DNA of 63,083 nucleotides, the filler included, from Collodictyon triciliatum (Eukaryota): NCBI GenBank assembly GCA_043381765.1. It is 6 parts of 6 records of this genome, joined end to end, with 100 filler letters (N's around TTAATTAATTAA, not from the genome) between each part and the next. Parts side by side here need not be neighbours in the genome. Positions count along the whole stretch, not along the records: positions 60,874 to 63,083 come from JBHJMP010000160.1; 5 more parts are not named here. The stretch is one strand, 5' to 3'. Positions 60,774 to 63,083 of the stretch are shown in pieces. The notes under the pieces were generated by a model. The model worked only from the letters and a program-made list of their open reading frames with translations, made no database searches and was not told where the DNA came from. A program made the position numbers and the translations under genes. Every line of letters starts with the position of its first letter. The first letter of the stretch is position 1.

Positions 60774-60873
60774 NNNNNNNNNNNNNNNNNNNNNNNNNNN
60801 NNNNNNNNNNNNNNNNNTTAATTAATTAANNNNNNNNNNNNNNNNNNNNNNNNNNNNNNNNNNNNNNNNNNNN
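60774..60873. other. Artificial scaffold spacer
   Basis: TTAATTAATTAA at 60818-60829 between N runs. Confidence 0.97.
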
Positions 60874-60939
<66 letters not shown>

Positions 60940-61003
60940 GGTAGTAAAAATAAACTGAGACCCTGCCACATTCATTTCATTTCAATTTTGGCATAATATT
61001 TAG

Positions 61004-62536
61004 AATTCCGAGCAGGATGGTATGCTTGGGTTGTCTTTGATGGAGCTCAAGGAATCTCTTGCTCGTAAATTTTCTTGAAATTGCGCTTTTATACATCTTT
61101 GAGCTGTAATCAATTAATTGACTTATGAAATAACGACCCGCGTCTTATTTTTAGAAACATGTCGCGGCAAAATAGGTCAGCAGAAGGTGTCAGACGAAAA
61201 GTTGGAATACGTTCTAAGACAAACAGTAATCATAATTACTCTTTAGATTTAAATATGGCGAAAATAGCTTCCATGCATCCAACTTTAGATGAAATCATCA
61301 AATATAATATCTCTTTATTCGGATATTTCTCTATTAAATAGGTGCACGAAATGCTAACGGATCAATCAATATCCAAAATGATCGAAGATTCCATTATTCG
61401 GAAGCTACGAACGGGAAGCTCCTCGACGAATTGACAGTCGACCCTCTACTTTGTCACTCTCACATCATCTTTGAACACCAATTTTTATTTTTATTTTTTA
61501 CTTGATCGACTTACGGGTATACCACTCTTGTTCATATCCCCAATTGTTAATTGTTCATGATAACTTCAAAACAAACATCAGTTTTCAATGAAATCATAAT
61601 TTTCGTTTATGGCTCCCTTTGTCATATGCGTGACTTGTTATCTGGGTGGATGGATGGATGGATGGATGGATGTGTGTGTGTGTGTTTATCATTTGTCGCC
61701 TCAATAGATATAACAGGGCTTAATGATAGTTTGATGGTCGTCGCTCGACCTTGGATGATGAAGCGCCAAAGAACACCCAACCTGCTCTGTCTGAAGAATT
61801 CTAGAAGGAGCCGGCCAGTAAATCAGATCACTCATGAGTGTTATCCAATATTCACCAGTGGCGCGACACCTTCTGGATGTGACAGAGGAATCACACAGAC
61901 ATACACACTCGGCAACTCCATTCTAGACTAGTTGCGTATATGAACTATGAAACTTTGTGTTACAGCCGCATCGTTGTAGACTGATGCTGGAGATTCGAGC
62001 CAAGCAAACCTTTGAGAAACGCAAAGTCTAGTTGTGCATACAGCAAACAATTTTGTCGTCGAAGCCACTGGGTTGCAGGTGCAGCTGTTTCTGGACAAAT
62101 ACTATCATTATTATATTGTGCGGCACAAAGGCAGATTTTCACAGGTTCTTGTAGAGTCTTTGAGTGATAGAAACTCTATACATTTATTTTCCATAAATAA
62201 TTATCGACCTTTCCTAATTCAGAAGATTCTATCATTTCCGTTTTTGATTGCGCAACCCAACCAGACGGATTTTTCGATGGAAATTCGCCAACTAAAGCTA
62301 CCAACCCAACGCTCTCTTGGCCTGCAGTGAAAAGTAGCCGTTGATCTGTCCTATTATGGAATTAGATCGCAACGGATTTCCCGCTGTAGAAGTCAAGCAG
62401 CACTTCGCCACTGCCTCTCTCGGGATGCCCTCAACGGAAGGCCTCTGGACAAAGCGAGATCACCAACGAGGCCGGATCGGAGCGCACACAACAGGCTGAA
62501 AGGAAAGCCACTCATGCCTTCGCGACGCAAGTGTGA
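61004..62536 (+). CDS. 3' part of an unidentified gene; internal exon structure unresolved
   Basis: Plausible exons are 62264-62333 (DGFFDGNSPTKATNPTLSWPAVK) and 62390-62536 (KSSSTSPLPLSG...HAFATQV*). Upstream exons are ambiguous. Confidence 0.25.
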
Positions 62537-62987
62537 AGCAAGACCCGTAGAGACCGTGTGCATATATATGCTTCTCTACTTGTGCGGTTTATCACATCGT
62601 CCATGCTTTCTTTTCATCTCATTTCTTGACAATTCATTTTTTTTCTTAATTTATTTCTTATTTTCTTTTTCTTCTTCTTGCGTATTGCTTGTTGAGAGAA
62701 TAAGAGGCCTGGCGATCTCGCTGGGGGTTGAATCACAAAAGTTGTGTTTCTCTTTGTGAGCCATGGAATGTAAGGGCAAAAGAAAATAAAGTGAAAAAGA
62801 TAGAGTGAGAGCGAGACGCAAATATGTTAGTTGTCTCACACCCGTTGCTGAAGCGGTGTTTGTTAGCCAAACTAGTCTTCTGCTTGTACCCGATCAGCGA
62901 AAGATATCTCAATACACGTTCGCAACCTTATCCTTCTCTTTCATATACGCAACCAAAGCCTTTCTTTTTCATTTTGGAATAGTGTTT

Positions 62988-63082
62988 TCTTCTTCTTCTT
63001 CTTCTTCTTCTTCTTCTTCTTCTTCTTCTTCTTCTTCTTCTTCTTCTTCTTCTTCTTCTTCTTCTTCTTCTTCTTCTTCTTT
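62988..63082. repeat. (TTC)n microsatellite
   Basis: Perfect trinucleotide array at the window end. Confidence 0.97.
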
Positions 63083-63083
63083 A

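Noticed and set aside
18183-60829. Five copies of the palindrome TTAATTAATTAA as a biological repeat or element end
   Set aside because: Always centred in exactly 44+44 N, so it is an artificial six-frame-stop linker. Gene neighbourhoods across these points are meaningless.

Overview
This is AT-rich, intron-dense eukaryotic (protist-like) genomic DNA in the standard genetic code. It is not one locus: five artificial 100-nt spacers (44 N + TTAATTAATTAA + 44 N) join six scaffolds, and many microsatellite-flanked N gaps hide exons. Genes reconstructed by hand-splicing exons: an RGS-domain protein (+), a DHX33-like DEAH helicase (-), a complete carotenoid cleavage dioxygenase (-), a possible DPH1 first exon (-), two large coiled-coil proteins (-), a multi-TM class III (probably guanylyl) cyclase fragment (-), a DOCK6/7/8-type GEF (-), HOGA1 (-), a ~3,600-aa single-pass surface protein of bacterial-type Ig/cadherin-like repeats with one ~8.7-kb exon (+), a tepsin-like protein with a (Ser-Glu)n tract (-) and a ClC-3/4/5-like Cl-/H+ exchanger (+). 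The most striking unexplained signal is two families of very small (about 20-35 nt core), poly(A)-tailed insertions flanked by 15-18 bp direct repeats. They recur in non-coding DNA on several scaffolds and look like micro-retroposons. All homology calls come from motif recognition, not database searches.
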